Virus record (IMG/VR): IMGVR_UViG_3300044834_000093
Location: 1-51,772 of that record
DNA: 51,772 bases
Direction: 5' to 3' (one strand)
Source: a virus
Taxonomy: Duplodnaviria > Caudoviricetes
Part shown: positions 25,400-35,038 of the stretch, piece after piece
How positions within the stretch are numbered: position 1 is the stretch's first letter
How the letters are laid out: each line of letters starts with the position of its first letter
Notes under the pieces: model-generated
The model's database searches: none
The model's input: only the letters and a program-made list of their open reading frames with translations
Told to the model about the DNA's origin: nothing
Position numbers and translations under genes: made by a program

Positions 25400-26089
25400 T
25401 CAGACTGCCTCAGCCTTACTGTTGGCGATTTCCGCCACGCGCTTAAGCAACGTATCCCGTGACGGGTTGCCCCTGATGCCTTCGCCTGTCTCGCGTCTGA
25501 TAAAGGCTTTCAGTTCAGTATCCGAGCATTCCTCAATGGATTTATCCCGTTGAGGCTCGACAACTGGTGGCTTGTCAGGAACAAAAGAAGTGATGTTGCT
25601 GTTGGTCAGCCGCTCAACCAGCTCAGTCAGCCGGGCCACTTCAGCCGACAGTTTTGATGTGCCAGCGCCTTCCTTGGCGCGCTCTATGTAGGCCCTGGCT
25701 TGCTCGCGCAATTCCCGCGCGCCAATGCCAAGTTTCGGTAGAGTGCTATCCGAGATACCGGCCAATTCTTCGACCGAGAGGATATTTTGCGCCTTCAGTT
25801 CAGCCACCCGGCTTTTATTCAGCTCGGCATTCGGCCAATGCTCCAACGGAGTGCCAGACGCAGCACGCTCCTCGCCACGCTTGAACGCGGCATAGATTTC
25901 AGGCCATCGGTGACGTTCCACGTCAGTAACCTCACCGACATAGCTAAATTGTTTGTCGCCAGGAATCTTGACCTCCACCATTTCCTTTTCATCGAAAATG
26001 GGACGGCCTTCCTGTTCGGATTTTGATTTGTTCTTTATCGCGTCCATGTGGAATCTTGGACGCGCAACGTCGCGATCAGGCGTTGACAT
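25400..26089 (-). CDS. Conserved phage head-region protein
   Basis: S..EGRPIF, SGTPLE.WP, HhH-like VEELA.ISD. Confidence 0.7.
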   Translation of the reverse strand: MSTPDRDVARPRFHMDAIKNKSKSEQEGRPIFDEKEMVEVKIPGDKQFSYVGEVTDVERHRWPEIYAAFKRGEERAASGTPLEHWPNAELNKSRVAELKAQNILSVEELAGISDSTLPKLGIGARELREQARAYIERAKEGAGTSKLSAEVARLTELVERLTNSNITSFVPDKPPVVEPQRDKSIEECSDTELKAFIRRETGEGIRGNPSRDTLLKRVAEIANSKAEAV

Positions 26090-27431
26090 TCATTGCTCCT
26101 GTGTTGGCAAATGTTGGCAAAATTTCCGTATTGACAAGGAAGGAGGATGAAATATCCCCCATCTCCTGCCATGACACGAAATACCCGAGTTCATCGAATT
26201 TCTTGCGCCACCACCCATGCGGGTGGACACTCAGATGCAAGCGCCGACCAATTAGAGCACCCATCTTGTCGTCCACCGTACTGATCTGGAAAAACACATT
26301 AGACGCCGAGCCCATGATATTTTTAATGACGGTATCCACCTGTTCGGGCGGGATATGCTCCATCACGTCAATGCAGTAACCAAACCTTTCCCGCAGTGGC
26401 ATCGGCTCGGATAGGTCAAGTTCTATGAAGGGGAGCGCGGCGGCTTCCTCGTCCCGGCAGTTCGGCGCAAAATCCACCAACAGCACATCATGCCCCTTGG
26501 CGCTGATGCGAGCTGCCGCACGGCCTGTGCCGCAGCCAAAATCCACAATGCGCCCGGTTGGCCGTAATTGATCAAGGATGGTATCGACTATGCGTTCAGC
26601 AGGCGAATCCTGCCGATAGGAGAGCATCGACCACATGCGGGAGTATTTTTCTTTTTCAGAAAGTGCGCCATCGGGAGCCCTGTACATATCGGGTAGTAGT
26701 CCGGTGCCGTGCATCTCGATCTTGCAGCCTTCCCCCTTGAGTAGGTTGGCAATCTGCATGAAGCGCTCGGCCTGCAATTTCATGGGCAGGGATGACACGT
26801 AATTCTTTCCGCAAAAGCTGACGTTCATGCAGGCCACTACATCATTCATCTTCTGGCGAACTACATGGCTTTCATTGTTTTCATGCGAAGAATCGTAGCC
26901 ATAGAAGTGCAGATCGCGGTATCCCACAACGAACGCAAGGATTGCCGAGACAAGCCCCACGCTGACGGCGGTACTCATCATTGAATATTCATGCGGGGCG
27001 AGAGCATCAATCTCCGCTTGCAGATCGTCGTCATCTACTTGTAATTGAAAGAGAGTGGCGTTCGGTCTTGCCTTGAAGCACCGTGGGTTTACCGTCGCGC
27101 CGAACAGATGCTGCTTTGCCATCCCGATAAGGCCTAGGCTTTCTTCCTTAGCGTCGATCATCACTTGGAAGTCGGGATGAAAGGAACGGGCGTTTAGAAA
27201 TTTTGCGGCGGCATTCAGGGCAAATATCTTAGCGCCCCGTCCATGCCTCTCGCGTATGTCCCCCACGTCATGCCTTATGCTTGGGCCTGAGCCGCAAAGC
27301 AGAGCAGTGCCACCATGCGCCGGTTCCTGCTTGATCCACCGCTGGCAGTTTTTCGAGTTCTGCCTGATGTGGGAAAAGAGTGTTTCCGGCGGCGTGTTGA
27401 TCAGCACCGAAACAGGGACGATCAAGGGCAT
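26076..27431 (-). CDS. DUF115/Maf(MptE-like) transferase domain fused to a class I SAM methyltransferase
   Basis: CGSGPSI, IFALNAA, PDFQVMID, GYRDLHFYGYDS; IVDFGCGTGR, CIDVMEHIP. Confidence 0.8.
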   Translation of the reverse strand: MPLIVPVSVLINTPPETLFSHIRQNSKNCQRWIKQEPAHGGTALLCGSGPSIRHDVGDIRERHGRGAKIFALNAAAKFLNARSFHPDFQVMIDAKEESLGLIGMAKQHLFGATVNPRCFKARPNATLFQLQVDDDDLQAEIDALAPHEYSMMSTAVSVGLVSAILAFVVGYRDLHFYGYDSSHENNESHVVRQKMNDVVACMNVSFCGKNYVSSLPMKLQAERFMQIANLLKGEGCKIEMHGTGLLPDMYRAPDGALSEKEKYSRMWSMLSYRQDSPAERIVDTILDQLRPTGRIVDFGCGTGRAAARISAKGHDVLLVDFAPNCRDEEAAALPFIELDLSEPMPLRERFGYCIDVMEHIPPEQVDTVIKNIMGSASNVFFQISTVDDKMGALIGRRLHLSVHPHGWWRKKFDELGYFVSWQEMGDISSSFLVNTEILPTFANTGAMNVNA

Positions 27432-27490
27432 GGTCGTGCCCTCATTACGATAGCGAATGTGCAGATCGCCCATACAGTCTCCTTGAATGT

Positions 27491-27520
27491 AAAAAAGGCG
27501 GGAGCATTGCGCCCCCGCCC
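27491..27520 (-). terminator. Intrinsic terminator after capsid/decoration genes
   Basis: GGCGGGGGC-gcaat-GCTCCCGCC-TTTTTT. Confidence 0.8.
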
Positions 27521-27533
27521 TTGTAGTAATCGT

Positions 27534-28031
27534 TTACGTTATGCGGCCCTGGAAAACTGGCCTATTGACGACCAGCGACACAAGAATGACTCCGGTTTTT
27601 GCCGAAGCCACTGCCGCAACAACAGCGCCGCTCAGTTCCTTACCAGTACCGCTGACCGAAATACGGCCAACGGTCTTGACGCCGACCGCAACACCAGCCG
27701 CCAAGGAAATCGTGGCAGCTTTAGTTGCGCGAACAATGCCAGAGATTTGATACCACCCATACTGAGCGGCAACATTAGCTGACATGGCGAAGGCTACTGA
27801 GAGGGACTTGTTTGCCCCAACTGCGGACCGGGTGGTTTGCCCGGTCGTTGAGTTGTAGGTGACAGCATCTCCCACAGCGGTAGATGCAACACCAAGCAAA
27901 TAGATGAACTCACCAGACCCATAGGTAGGGTCGGCTGCTTGGCGGATCGTGCCGATAGCATGGTTTTTAACCGTGCTTGTCGTTGCAATCGGTTGCAAGC
28001 CGAGGGAGTTTTCGGTGAAAATGTAAGACAT
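27534..28031 (-). CDS. Capsid decoration/cement protein
   Basis: GEFIYL.G, YGWYQI.G; directly after the major capsid gene. Confidence 0.7.
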   Translation of the reverse strand: MSYIFTENSLGLQPIATTSTVKNHAIGTIRQAADPTYGSGEFIYLLGVASTAVGDAVTYNSTTGQTTRSAVGANKSLSVAFAMSANVAAQYGWYQISGIVRATKAATISLAAGVAVGVKTVGRISVSGTGKELSGAVVAAVASAKTGVILVSLVVNRPVFQGRIT

Positions 28032-28043
28032 TTTGTTTCTCCC

Positions 28044-29036
28044 TTAGCCGGTGATCATTTTGGCTTGGTGCAACGGGTTCGCCAGCGTCAGGTTGCCCAT
28101 AAACCCGATATGCTGGACAATCGCGTCCTGGTTCACCGGGCGCAGCTTGCCACCAAAGGCAGCGAAGTTACGTTCCGGGTGATAGCGGAAGCGAAGCCCG
28201 TCATCCCCAACCTTGAGGAAGTAAGACGTTCCAGAAGGCATGGCAGAACCAATGCCGCCCTCAAGAACAACATCCAACTCGTAACCGGCTCCGGCGAAAG
28301 CCAGAGACGGGAATCCCGCCGTGGCCTTGCCTTCCTTGGTAACGCGCTGGATTGCCACCAGCCCCTGCTGGAACATGCGATAATGATCAGCAGAAGCGGC
28401 AATGAGGTTCGGACCATTCTTGCCGCGCGAGTGAGCAATCAACACACGGGTATATTGGTCATGGATATTCGCTGCGGTGGTTGCCGCACTGAAATCTCCA
28501 CTTCCGCTATAAGAACCCGTACGCCATGCCGCCACCGTATTGCGGTCAATGCCGCCGTAGATGTTGGTCACGGTAGTTGGAACGGAGGCCTGCAAGCCCC
28601 CGATCTGGTTTGTCGCCGTGCCGTTCGAGTGCAGGTCTTCAACAAAACGATCCTGCAATTCACGCTCGGCAGCGGAGATATGCTCCTCCATCACATCGAG
28701 GAGTTGGTTCTTTCCTGAGTTTTTCAGGATTTCCTCACCGGAGAGCGTAACCGACACGGCAGCCATTTTCGGCGTGTATTCCGCATCGTTAAACAATTCG
28801 ACGGGGACAGGATTTAGGAAGTCGTAGCCGGTATAACGGACATACGATCCACTTTCGTTGTAGAGAAGGCGCTCACGGATGGATGGACCCGAAAAGGTTT
28901 TCCAGCCGCCCTTGTCCTTCATCATCTTGAGGATAGCATTCGAGTTGGAGACGAGATCGGCGTAACCACGCGACCGATCTTCGAGCGCCAACGAAAATAC
29001 TTCCTGCAAGTGAGTGTCGCTTACCATTGCAGGCAT
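28044..29036 (-). CDS. Major capsid protein
   Basis: 330 aa after scaffold; IGGLQ, YGGIDR motifs. Confidence 0.85.
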   Translation of the reverse strand: MPAMVSDTHLQEVFSLALEDRSRGYADLVSNSNAILKMMKDKGGWKTFSGPSIRERLLYNESGSYVRYTGYDFLNPVPVELFNDAEYTPKMAAVSVTLSGEEILKNSGKNQLLDVMEEHISAAERELQDRFVEDLHSNGTATNQIGGLQASVPTTVTNIYGGIDRNTVAAWRTGSYSGSGDFSAATTAANIHDQYTRVLIAHSRGKNGPNLIAASADHYRMFQQGLVAIQRVTKEGKATAGFPSLAFAGAGYELDVVLEGGIGSAMPSGTSYFLKVGDDGLRFRYHPERNFAAFGGKLRPVNQDAIVQHIGFMGNLTLANPLHQAKMITG

Positions 29037-29072
29037 GATGTTTGGTTCCTGTTGCTAGTGCCGGTCTGGCAC

Positions 29073-30188
29073 TCACAATGATGCGAAGGCGCGTTCAAGC
29101 GCTTCGCGGGGGGAACCGGCTGGCTTCGTTGCGGGGTTTGAGCCCATTGATGGAGCGCCGGTGATGGAAAGATTGGCCTTCGGGTTTGAACCGTTGGTCT
29201 TGGGTGCCACTTTCGCGGCGTTGTCGGCCTCGATCTTGGCGGCAATCTCGGGGTTGAGCCGGACCGCCTTTTCGTAGGCATCTGACAAATCTGTTGCGAA
29301 CTTCTTTTCCACCATGTCTGTAATAGTGGGCATAAGCTCATTGAAATACGGGTGGTTGGCAGCGAAGTTGCTCACCTCGTTTAGCTGAGCGTTGTAGTGC
29401 TGCTGAAAGATGCTTTGCTCATAGGTCTGTTTTACCTGACCTACTTCGCCCTTGATCGCAGCGAGTTCCTGCGCCATCGCACTGATCTGCGTATCGCGCG
29501 GATCGGCCTGTTGCTGTGGCTGGCCGGTCATCGCGTTAACAACGGCCTGGACCAACTGTTGCGGGTCTACCTTTGTCTTTTGGCAGGTCTGGAAAAATGC
29601 CTGTACTGGATCAGACGCCCAAGCATGGTCAAGCTTGACGTAGTTCGCCATCGCGTCTTCGATCTTGACGCCGTATTGCTTGGCAAGATCGTGATAGGGC
29701 CGCATAGGCTGGAAGGCTTCGGCGTCTGTGCGGTATTTCTCAATGCCTTGCGTTAGCTCTGTTTCCAGCCGCTTGACTTCCTGCTTGACGACAGGAGGCA
29801 GCTTTGCCCATTCGGCCTGTGCAGGCTTGGTGAACCGTGACGGTGGAGCATCGGCAACGTCAATCGGCTTCAGTGCCGGTTCCGTCTGTAGTTGATCGGC
29901 TGTTGCGACCGGCTTTGCCGGGTCTGCTACGGCTGTTTTAGCCGTGAATTTTCCCGTGACAGGATCGCGATTATCTCCAACGTTAGCCGCAGGCTTTTCA
30001 CCTTCCGGCGTGTCGACCGCTGCGAAGGCTTTGGTGAGCGCTTCGCGCGCTGATACGGGCGGTGCATCGCTTGACGGGGTTGCTGGCGTTTCTACTCCGG
30101 TTGATGGAGTGCTTGCGCCGGGGGCTACATCTGCAACAGCGGATTCGTTCGTGCTCGCTGGGTTTGAGCCAGCGTCAACGTCTGACAT
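29073..30188 (-). CDS. Capsid scaffolding protein
   Basis: Disordered N-terminus with RD..TGKF, helical core, L.DAYEKAV..NP. Confidence 0.75.
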   Translation of the reverse strand: MSDVDAGSNPASTNESAVADVAPGASTPSTGVETPATPSSDAPPVSAREALTKAFAAVDTPEGEKPAANVGDNRDPVTGKFTAKTAVADPAKPVATADQLQTEPALKPIDVADAPPSRFTKPAQAEWAKLPPVVKQEVKRLETELTQGIEKYRTDAEAFQPMRPYHDLAKQYGVKIEDAMANYVKLDHAWASDPVQAFFQTCQKTKVDPQQLVQAVVNAMTGQPQQQADPRDTQISAMAQELAAIKGEVGQVKQTYEQSIFQQHYNAQLNEVSNFAANHPYFNELMPTITDMVEKKFATDLSDAYEKAVRLNPEIAAKIEADNAAKVAPKTNGSNPKANLSITGAPSMGSNPATKPAGSPREALERAFASL

Positions 30189-30205
30189 GATCGCTCCTTG
30201 AAAGG

Positions 30206-30235
30206 AAAAAGCCGCTCACCTTGCGATGAACGGCC
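30206..30235 (-). terminator. Possible intrinsic terminator
   Basis: GCCGTTCA-tcgcaagg-TGAGCGGC-TTTTT. Confidence 0.55.
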
Positions 30236-30285
30236 AAGTTGCGAGACGGAGAGTCACCATCCATCCCGGGGAGGGCTGTGAATTA

Positions 30286-30618
30286 CTAAACTGAAATCCC
30301 TACGCGACTGGCAGCCCTGCGGACGCTCTCGCGAATTGCTTTGCGGTCAGGTTTAGGGCGCGACGGGATTTCCTGGGTTTCATTGCCAACTTCATTGTAG
30401 CGCTCGCCTTCCGCATTACCGCTCGGTGAGTAGGTCCGGCGTAGCGCCGACTTGGAATCGTAAGTCTTACCGTCCACCATCGAACGGACAGGCTCGGTTT
30501 GATCCGAAATAAGCATCGGGCATGGCAGCCGCGATCTTGCTACATCTATCTGCTTGCGCGCGTAGTATTCTTCCGGCGGGACCAGTTCGCCGGTCTTCGG
30601 TTCTACTATCCAGCGCAT
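30286..30618 (-). CDS. Conserved phage head-region protein
   Basis: ISD......SMVDGK.YDSKS.LR and EVGNE. Confidence 0.75.
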   Translation of the reverse strand: MRWIVEPKTGELVPPEEYYARKQIDVARSRLPCPMLISDQTEPVRSMVDGKTYDSKSALRRTYSPSGNAEGERYNEVGNETQEIPSRPKPDRKAIRESVRRAASRVGISV

Positions 30619-30620
30619 TT

Positions 30621-30854
30621 TTAGTAAGGCTGCATCCCAGGTGCCTGCGCTGACACACCAGCCATCATCGGCAATGCGCCGGGCGGCATGCCAGGGGGTT
30701 GCCCCATCCCACCCCCGCCCTGCAATTTCGCCATGAGCTGCGGATTTTGCGCCAGAAGCGCCATGATCAGCTGACGCGGATCGCCAGCGCCGCCTTGCCC
30801 AGCGGTAGGAGGCGGCATACCGCCCATACCGCCCATTTGCTGCATCGGATCCAT
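30621..30854 (-). CDS. Low-complexity Met/Gly/Pro/Gln-rich protein
   Basis: AGGAG RBS before ATG 30854. Confidence 0.6.
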   Translation of the reverse strand: MDPMQQMGGMGGMPPPTAGQGGAGDPRQLIMALLAQNPQLMAKLQGGGGMGQPPGMPPGALPMMAGVSAQAPGMQPY

Positions 30855-30855
30855 A

Positions 30856-31107
30856 TCAAGCTCCTGCCGTTGTAATGTCGGCTGCCACCTTGGCGGCCAA
30901 GGCTGGCGGCATGCCAAGCCCCATCAGGTTCTTTTCAATCCCGGTCCCGGCTGTCATCTGCGCCACCAGTTCATTAGCGAGTGGAACAGGGAAACCAAAG
31001 GCAATCAGTTTTGCGACGACAGGCGTGCCGTCAATCTGCGTAGCAAGCTCATTGGCCTGAACAGCGCTCATGCCACGCGCCATGAAATCCATTGCGACTG
31101 TTGTCAT
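30856..31107 (-). CDS. Small protein with three helix-Gly-helix repeats
   Basis: FMARGMSAVQANELA / LIAFGFPVPLANELV / LMGLGMPPALAAKVA. Confidence 0.7.
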   Translation of the reverse strand: MTTVAMDFMARGMSAVQANELATQIDGTPVVAKLIAFGFPVPLANELVAQMTAGTGIEKNLMGLGMPPALAAKVAADITTAGA

Positions 31108-33104
31108 TGGAATGGTCCTTGTGGCTGCTGTGGCATCATGGATTCAGCCATGAGCCGCTGCATGTCCTGTTCATGCTCCATCTTGGAGCGCTGCATTTCC
31201 ATACCCGTCTGTTGAATTTTCGCCTGCGCCCCAACCTGTTCGGCTTGGCCCCTGACCTCTGCGGTCTTGAGCTTGATTTGCTCGGTCGGGTCCGGCCCCT
31301 TCGGCTGCATGCCCTTCTCGGCAAAGGCTGCCAGCCCCTGCACAAGCGTTTCAATCGCGCCTTCAAGCGGCCTACCGGCGCGGAAGCCCTGCGCCACGAA
31401 CTTGACCACCTCGCCAATGAACGGCCCAAGCTGTGGAGCCTGCGCCACCATCGGGCCAGCTTCTTTTATCAGCCCGCCGATTGCTGTAACGAACTCTACA
31501 CGGCGCTGCTTCTCTGCATCCTCGTCCGGCTGAATGGTGCTGTCAGTCTCAATCTCAATAACAAACCCGCGCGCCTTGTCGTCGCGCAGGAAGCCCATCA
31601 CGTCCTCTATCGAGGGCGTCTTCATCAACTTGACCAATTCCGGCGGCGGCTGTTGTGGCTGGGCCTGTGGCATTCCGGGCTGGCCGGGCTGCTGAGGCGT
31701 TTGCGCCTGCTGCATTTGGAACTTCTGCTGCGCCTGTTGTTTCTGAGCGTTGCTCGGCAACTGAACCTGCGCCATCTCTACCATGGTCTGCTGCTGAAAG
31801 TTCTCCGCAATGATTTCAGCCGCGATGCGGGTCAAGTCCCGCGCAAACCGGATCAATTCGTTCTGGCGCTCCCTGATGCGAGCAGAGCCGGTCTGAGATT
31901 TTAGCTGTTGCGCGCCAAGCGTCTCGTTAGGGTCGGTCTGACCCCGCAGGATGTCGGAAATTCCGGTGATCTGGTAAACATCGTCGATAACAACGCGCCG
32001 CAGATCGACAAGGTATTTGATTATCTCAATAATATCCCTGACCGGCAGCCAGACTATCGCCTCCTTGAAGCTGGAGCCGCCCAACGCCGCAGCGCTTGAA
32101 ACCGGAACGAGCGTGGCGCGATTGTCGGATGACTTCAGCGCCGTCTCTATCGCATCCGACAGTTCAGGTGCGCCGGCCGGATAGAAGCCTTTGACCCGCA
32201 GGGATTCCGACAAGGCCGCGATGCGCGCGGTATATTCGTTTATCTCCTCGATCTGGTCCTTGTACTGCCGAATGTCGGGAACAGGCTTCAGCTTGCCCGG
32301 AACTGTCGTTCCAAATGCAGGTCGCGGGCAGGGCCAGAAGTTCGACAGGTCAAGCCACGGCTCCTGCGTGTCCAGCTCGCTATCAAAATCCTCCACCACG
32401 AAATGAACTTTGCCGGAGGTTCTGCACCAGATTTCCCATACCGGCGTGCGGTCTTCCGTCTTGTCTCCCTCCGATTCACCTTCCCGTTTCTTCTTAGGAA
32501 CCGCCTTCACGTCCAGGCCAAGGGCGGCCATGCCACCGCCAAAGCGCTTTTCCATATCTTTGCTGTTCAGCCATGCCCTGAACGCTACCCATTTCACCTC
32601 CCTCCAAGTGCGCGCTGGGTCGTGTGCAAAATCACTGGCCGTAAAATGATCGAAGGCGATACGCTCAACCCCTCTCGCCCCCTGATCGAGCCGGACCCGC
32701 GCGGTGCCCCGGCTGTAGCGCAGAAACTCATCCCTGACCTCGCGCATGCAGCCGTCAATGTCGCCCTGCTCAAAGGTCGTTATCAGGCAGCGCTCCAACA
32801 GGTCCGATGCGGAAGACGCCAACGGGTTTGTCTGTTTAAAACGCGGAGCCACGACCGGCACGGGAGGTCTGGCGTAGGTGGCTGGACGCAGTACCTCAAT
32901 GTTTGCCCAAAAGATCGAGTATTCCCGATCCGAACTATCGGCGCGCTCATCCCGGCAGTACAGTTTATCAAGGTTCTTGCGCTGATCTGACCACTTGTCC
33001 TCTACCGCGCGCTTATATTCTTCCAGCCTTTCGTGCCAGTATTTTGCAGAGCGGGGAGCGGCTGCGTCTTGTTTCTGCTCCTCGTCCTCGATTGGTTCGG
33101 CCAT
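31104..33104 (-). CDS. Portal protein
   Basis: 666 aa after terL; IYQITGISDI.RG-type motif, ETLGAQQLK, Gln-rich C-terminal barrel. Confidence 0.9.
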   Translation of the reverse strand: MAEPIEDEEQKQDAAAPRSAKYWHERLEEYKRAVEDKWSDQRKNLDKLYCRDERADSSDREYSIFWANIEVLRPATYARPPVPVVAPRFKQTNPLASSASDLLERCLITTFEQGDIDGCMREVRDEFLRYSRGTARVRLDQGARGVERIAFDHFTASDFAHDPARTWREVKWVAFRAWLNSKDMEKRFGGGMAALGLDVKAVPKKKREGESEGDKTEDRTPVWEIWCRTSGKVHFVVEDFDSELDTQEPWLDLSNFWPCPRPAFGTTVPGKLKPVPDIRQYKDQIEEINEYTARIAALSESLRVKGFYPAGAPELSDAIETALKSSDNRATLVPVSSAAALGGSSFKEAIVWLPVRDIIEIIKYLVDLRRVVIDDVYQITGISDILRGQTDPNETLGAQQLKSQTGSARIRERQNELIRFARDLTRIAAEIIAENFQQQTMVEMAQVQLPSNAQKQQAQQKFQMQQAQTPQQPGQPGMPQAQPQQPPPELVKLMKTPSIEDVMGFLRDDKARGFVIEIETDSTIQPDEDAEKQRRVEFVTAIGGLIKEAGPMVAQAPQLGPFIGEVVKFVAQGFRAGRPLEGAIETLVQGLAAFAEKGMQPKGPDPTEQIKLKTAEVRGQAEQVGAQAKIQQTGMEMQRSKMEHEQDMQRLMAESMMPQQPQGPFQ

Positions 33105-33105
33105 T

Positions 33106-34464
33106 TCAAATCCTGATTTTCACGCCTGACTTGGGCTCTGGAGGCCCAGGCAAAAACACCTGACCGGGCTGCGGCTTGCGCTTTGGTGTCACCACTTCCT
33201 GCTTCACCTCTCGCCATGCCAGCGACATATACCGGAAGGCATCGGCTAAATGCGTGGTCCAGTCCCTAACCTCGTTGGCGGCAAACATCTTGCGTTCATC
33301 GTCCCAATCCCGCCGATATTGTTCCAGCGCAGCCAGGCCGTGTTCTTCACAACGAGGATGGAAAACCGCCGTCCGCAACGTCATGCGCGAGGCATTGATG
33401 CCGTCAAGCTTCGACACGTTGCCGACAAGCCGTGGGTTTAGACCATGCGCCTGCATGGCCTCCAGCCGCGTGCGCCCTCCGCCCCACTCCAAAACCTTTG
33501 CGTCATGCGGAACGAAATCTATCCCGGGTTGCCAGCCACGCTCCCGACAGACCTCAGCGTAGTGCTCTACTCCTGCCCCGTGGTTCGTATAGCAGTCGAT
33601 GATGTGCGGAACGCCGCCGATGACCTGGAACCACCAAATACTCGTATCGTCTCGCGTGCCAATGTCCCAAGCCTTGTGTACCGGCTTATCGGGCTGCGGC
33701 TCAAATTCCCTGATCCGGCCCGAGCTGCGTACAGCCACCATTTCACGGGCATAAAACGCGCCCAGAATCGCAGCATTGAACGAACAAAGATATTCCTGCT
33801 CGAATTGCGCCTGCCCCACGTCCTCGCCATAGAGCGAAGCATATTCCAGGCGGGCTTCCTGCACCTGCTCCGGTGTTAGCGCCTTGGTGTCATTGACCGA
33901 GCTGATTTCCGCAAACCAGCGCGGGTTGCCCTTCGCCATGTCGTACATTGACTTGGCGTGATTGCGGCCCCGGGGCGTCGTGATGAACGCTGCCCAGCCG
34001 TTATTCTCCTCGATCATCGGGCGAATAAAGCCCCAGGCCGAAGGATTGGCTAAGGCCCATTCGGAAAATACAATACCCGCCACGCCAGCACCAACGAGGC
34101 TGTTGTATCGGTCAGAGCCAACGATCTGCCACGTGGACCCGCAGCGAAGTTTGATGAACATTTGCTGTTCATCCTTGCTTTCACGAATCTCTGGCGGGAA
34201 AGCCTCGTCTATCCTTCTTTTGCCGGTGTGCGGATTAACAGCGGTCCATAACGCCTTGCGGCCCTGCTCGTACTCCGGGAGACAATGCCAGTAGGAGGCC
34301 ACCCGCTGGTGTGCCAACTCGCACGTGGCCGAAAGGGCTATCTCATCCTTACCCCAGCGGCGGTGTGCTATCTCAATGGCGCGGGCGCGAGGTGTTTTAA
34401 CAAGATATTCATGCAGCGGCCGCTGATACCAGCGTACCCGGCGCTCAATCTCTAGCGGTTTCAT
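33106..34464 (-). CDS. terL: Terminase large subunit
   Basis: HRRWGKD Walker A, VFSEWA Walker B, FITTPRG, AWDIG..D, H.ADAFRY. Confidence 0.95.
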   Translation of the reverse strand: MKPLEIERRVRWYQRPLHEYLVKTPRARAIEIAHRRWGKDEIALSATCELAHQRVASYWHCLPEYEQGRKALWTAVNPHTGKRRIDEAFPPEIRESKDEQQMFIKLRCGSTWQIVGSDRYNSLVGAGVAGIVFSEWALANPSAWGFIRPMIEENNGWAAFITTPRGRNHAKSMYDMAKGNPRWFAEISSVNDTKALTPEQVQEARLEYASLYGEDVGQAQFEQEYLCSFNAAILGAFYAREMVAVRSSGRIREFEPQPDKPVHKAWDIGTRDDTSIWWFQVIGGVPHIIDCYTNHGAGVEHYAEVCRERGWQPGIDFVPHDAKVLEWGGGRTRLEAMQAHGLNPRLVGNVSKLDGINASRMTLRTAVFHPRCEEHGLAALEQYRRDWDDERKMFAANEVRDWTTHLADAFRYMSLAWREVKQEVVTPKRKPQPGQVFLPGPPEPKSGVKIRI

Positions 34465-34843
34465 AAACCGTCTTGAACACGACCGGCCCGCCGTCCGCCC
34501 CCGTGTGCGCCACTGCCGTCAGCCTTGGGTGCATATAGGCCGCCGCATCACGCGCACATTCGTGTGCCATTTGGCGAAGGCCAGCCGCTTTCTTCACTTG
34601 CGCCAGCAACGCCTTAAATTGGTCTTCTGGGCTGACCTGCTGCCCGCTTGTTTCTTCAACGGTCAAGCCTTCTAGGACAGCCTCGGCATCAAGCGCGACC
34701 TGTTGGAAGTGGCGCATATTGTCGAGCATAACCTCTAGCGGTGTCTTGCCATCGGCCAACGCCCGCTCGGCAACCTCTCTCGTTCGCTTTGTTAGCGAGC
34801 CATTCTTTCGCCCAGCGCCGTCCCGCTTACCTCCGCGAGACAC
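34445..34843 (-). CDS. terS: Terminase small subunit
   Basis: RGGKRDGAGRK.GS, TPLEVML, AA.YMHPRL, HTGADGGP. Confidence 0.8.
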   Translation of the reverse strand: MSRGGKRDGAGRKNGSLTKRTREVAERALADGKTPLEVMLDNMRHFQQVALDAEAVLEGLTVEETSGQQVSPEDQFKALLAQVKKAAGLRQMAHECARDAAAYMHPRLTAVAHTGADGGPVVFKTVYETARD

Positions 34844-35038
34844 TTTGATTTCCTATGATTAACATAATCGGCCCAGAGCGTTTGAGGCTCTGCTCCTGGA
34901 ATGAGAATGCTGCCCGGAGGCGGCTATATGGGGATTATCTGAGGCGCTTCTCGCGCCACTAGTAACTTGAATCTGATTTGCTGGCAGAGCGCAAGAAGTT
35001 TCTTGAAATCGGTGGGCACCCCGAATCAGGTAGCCACA

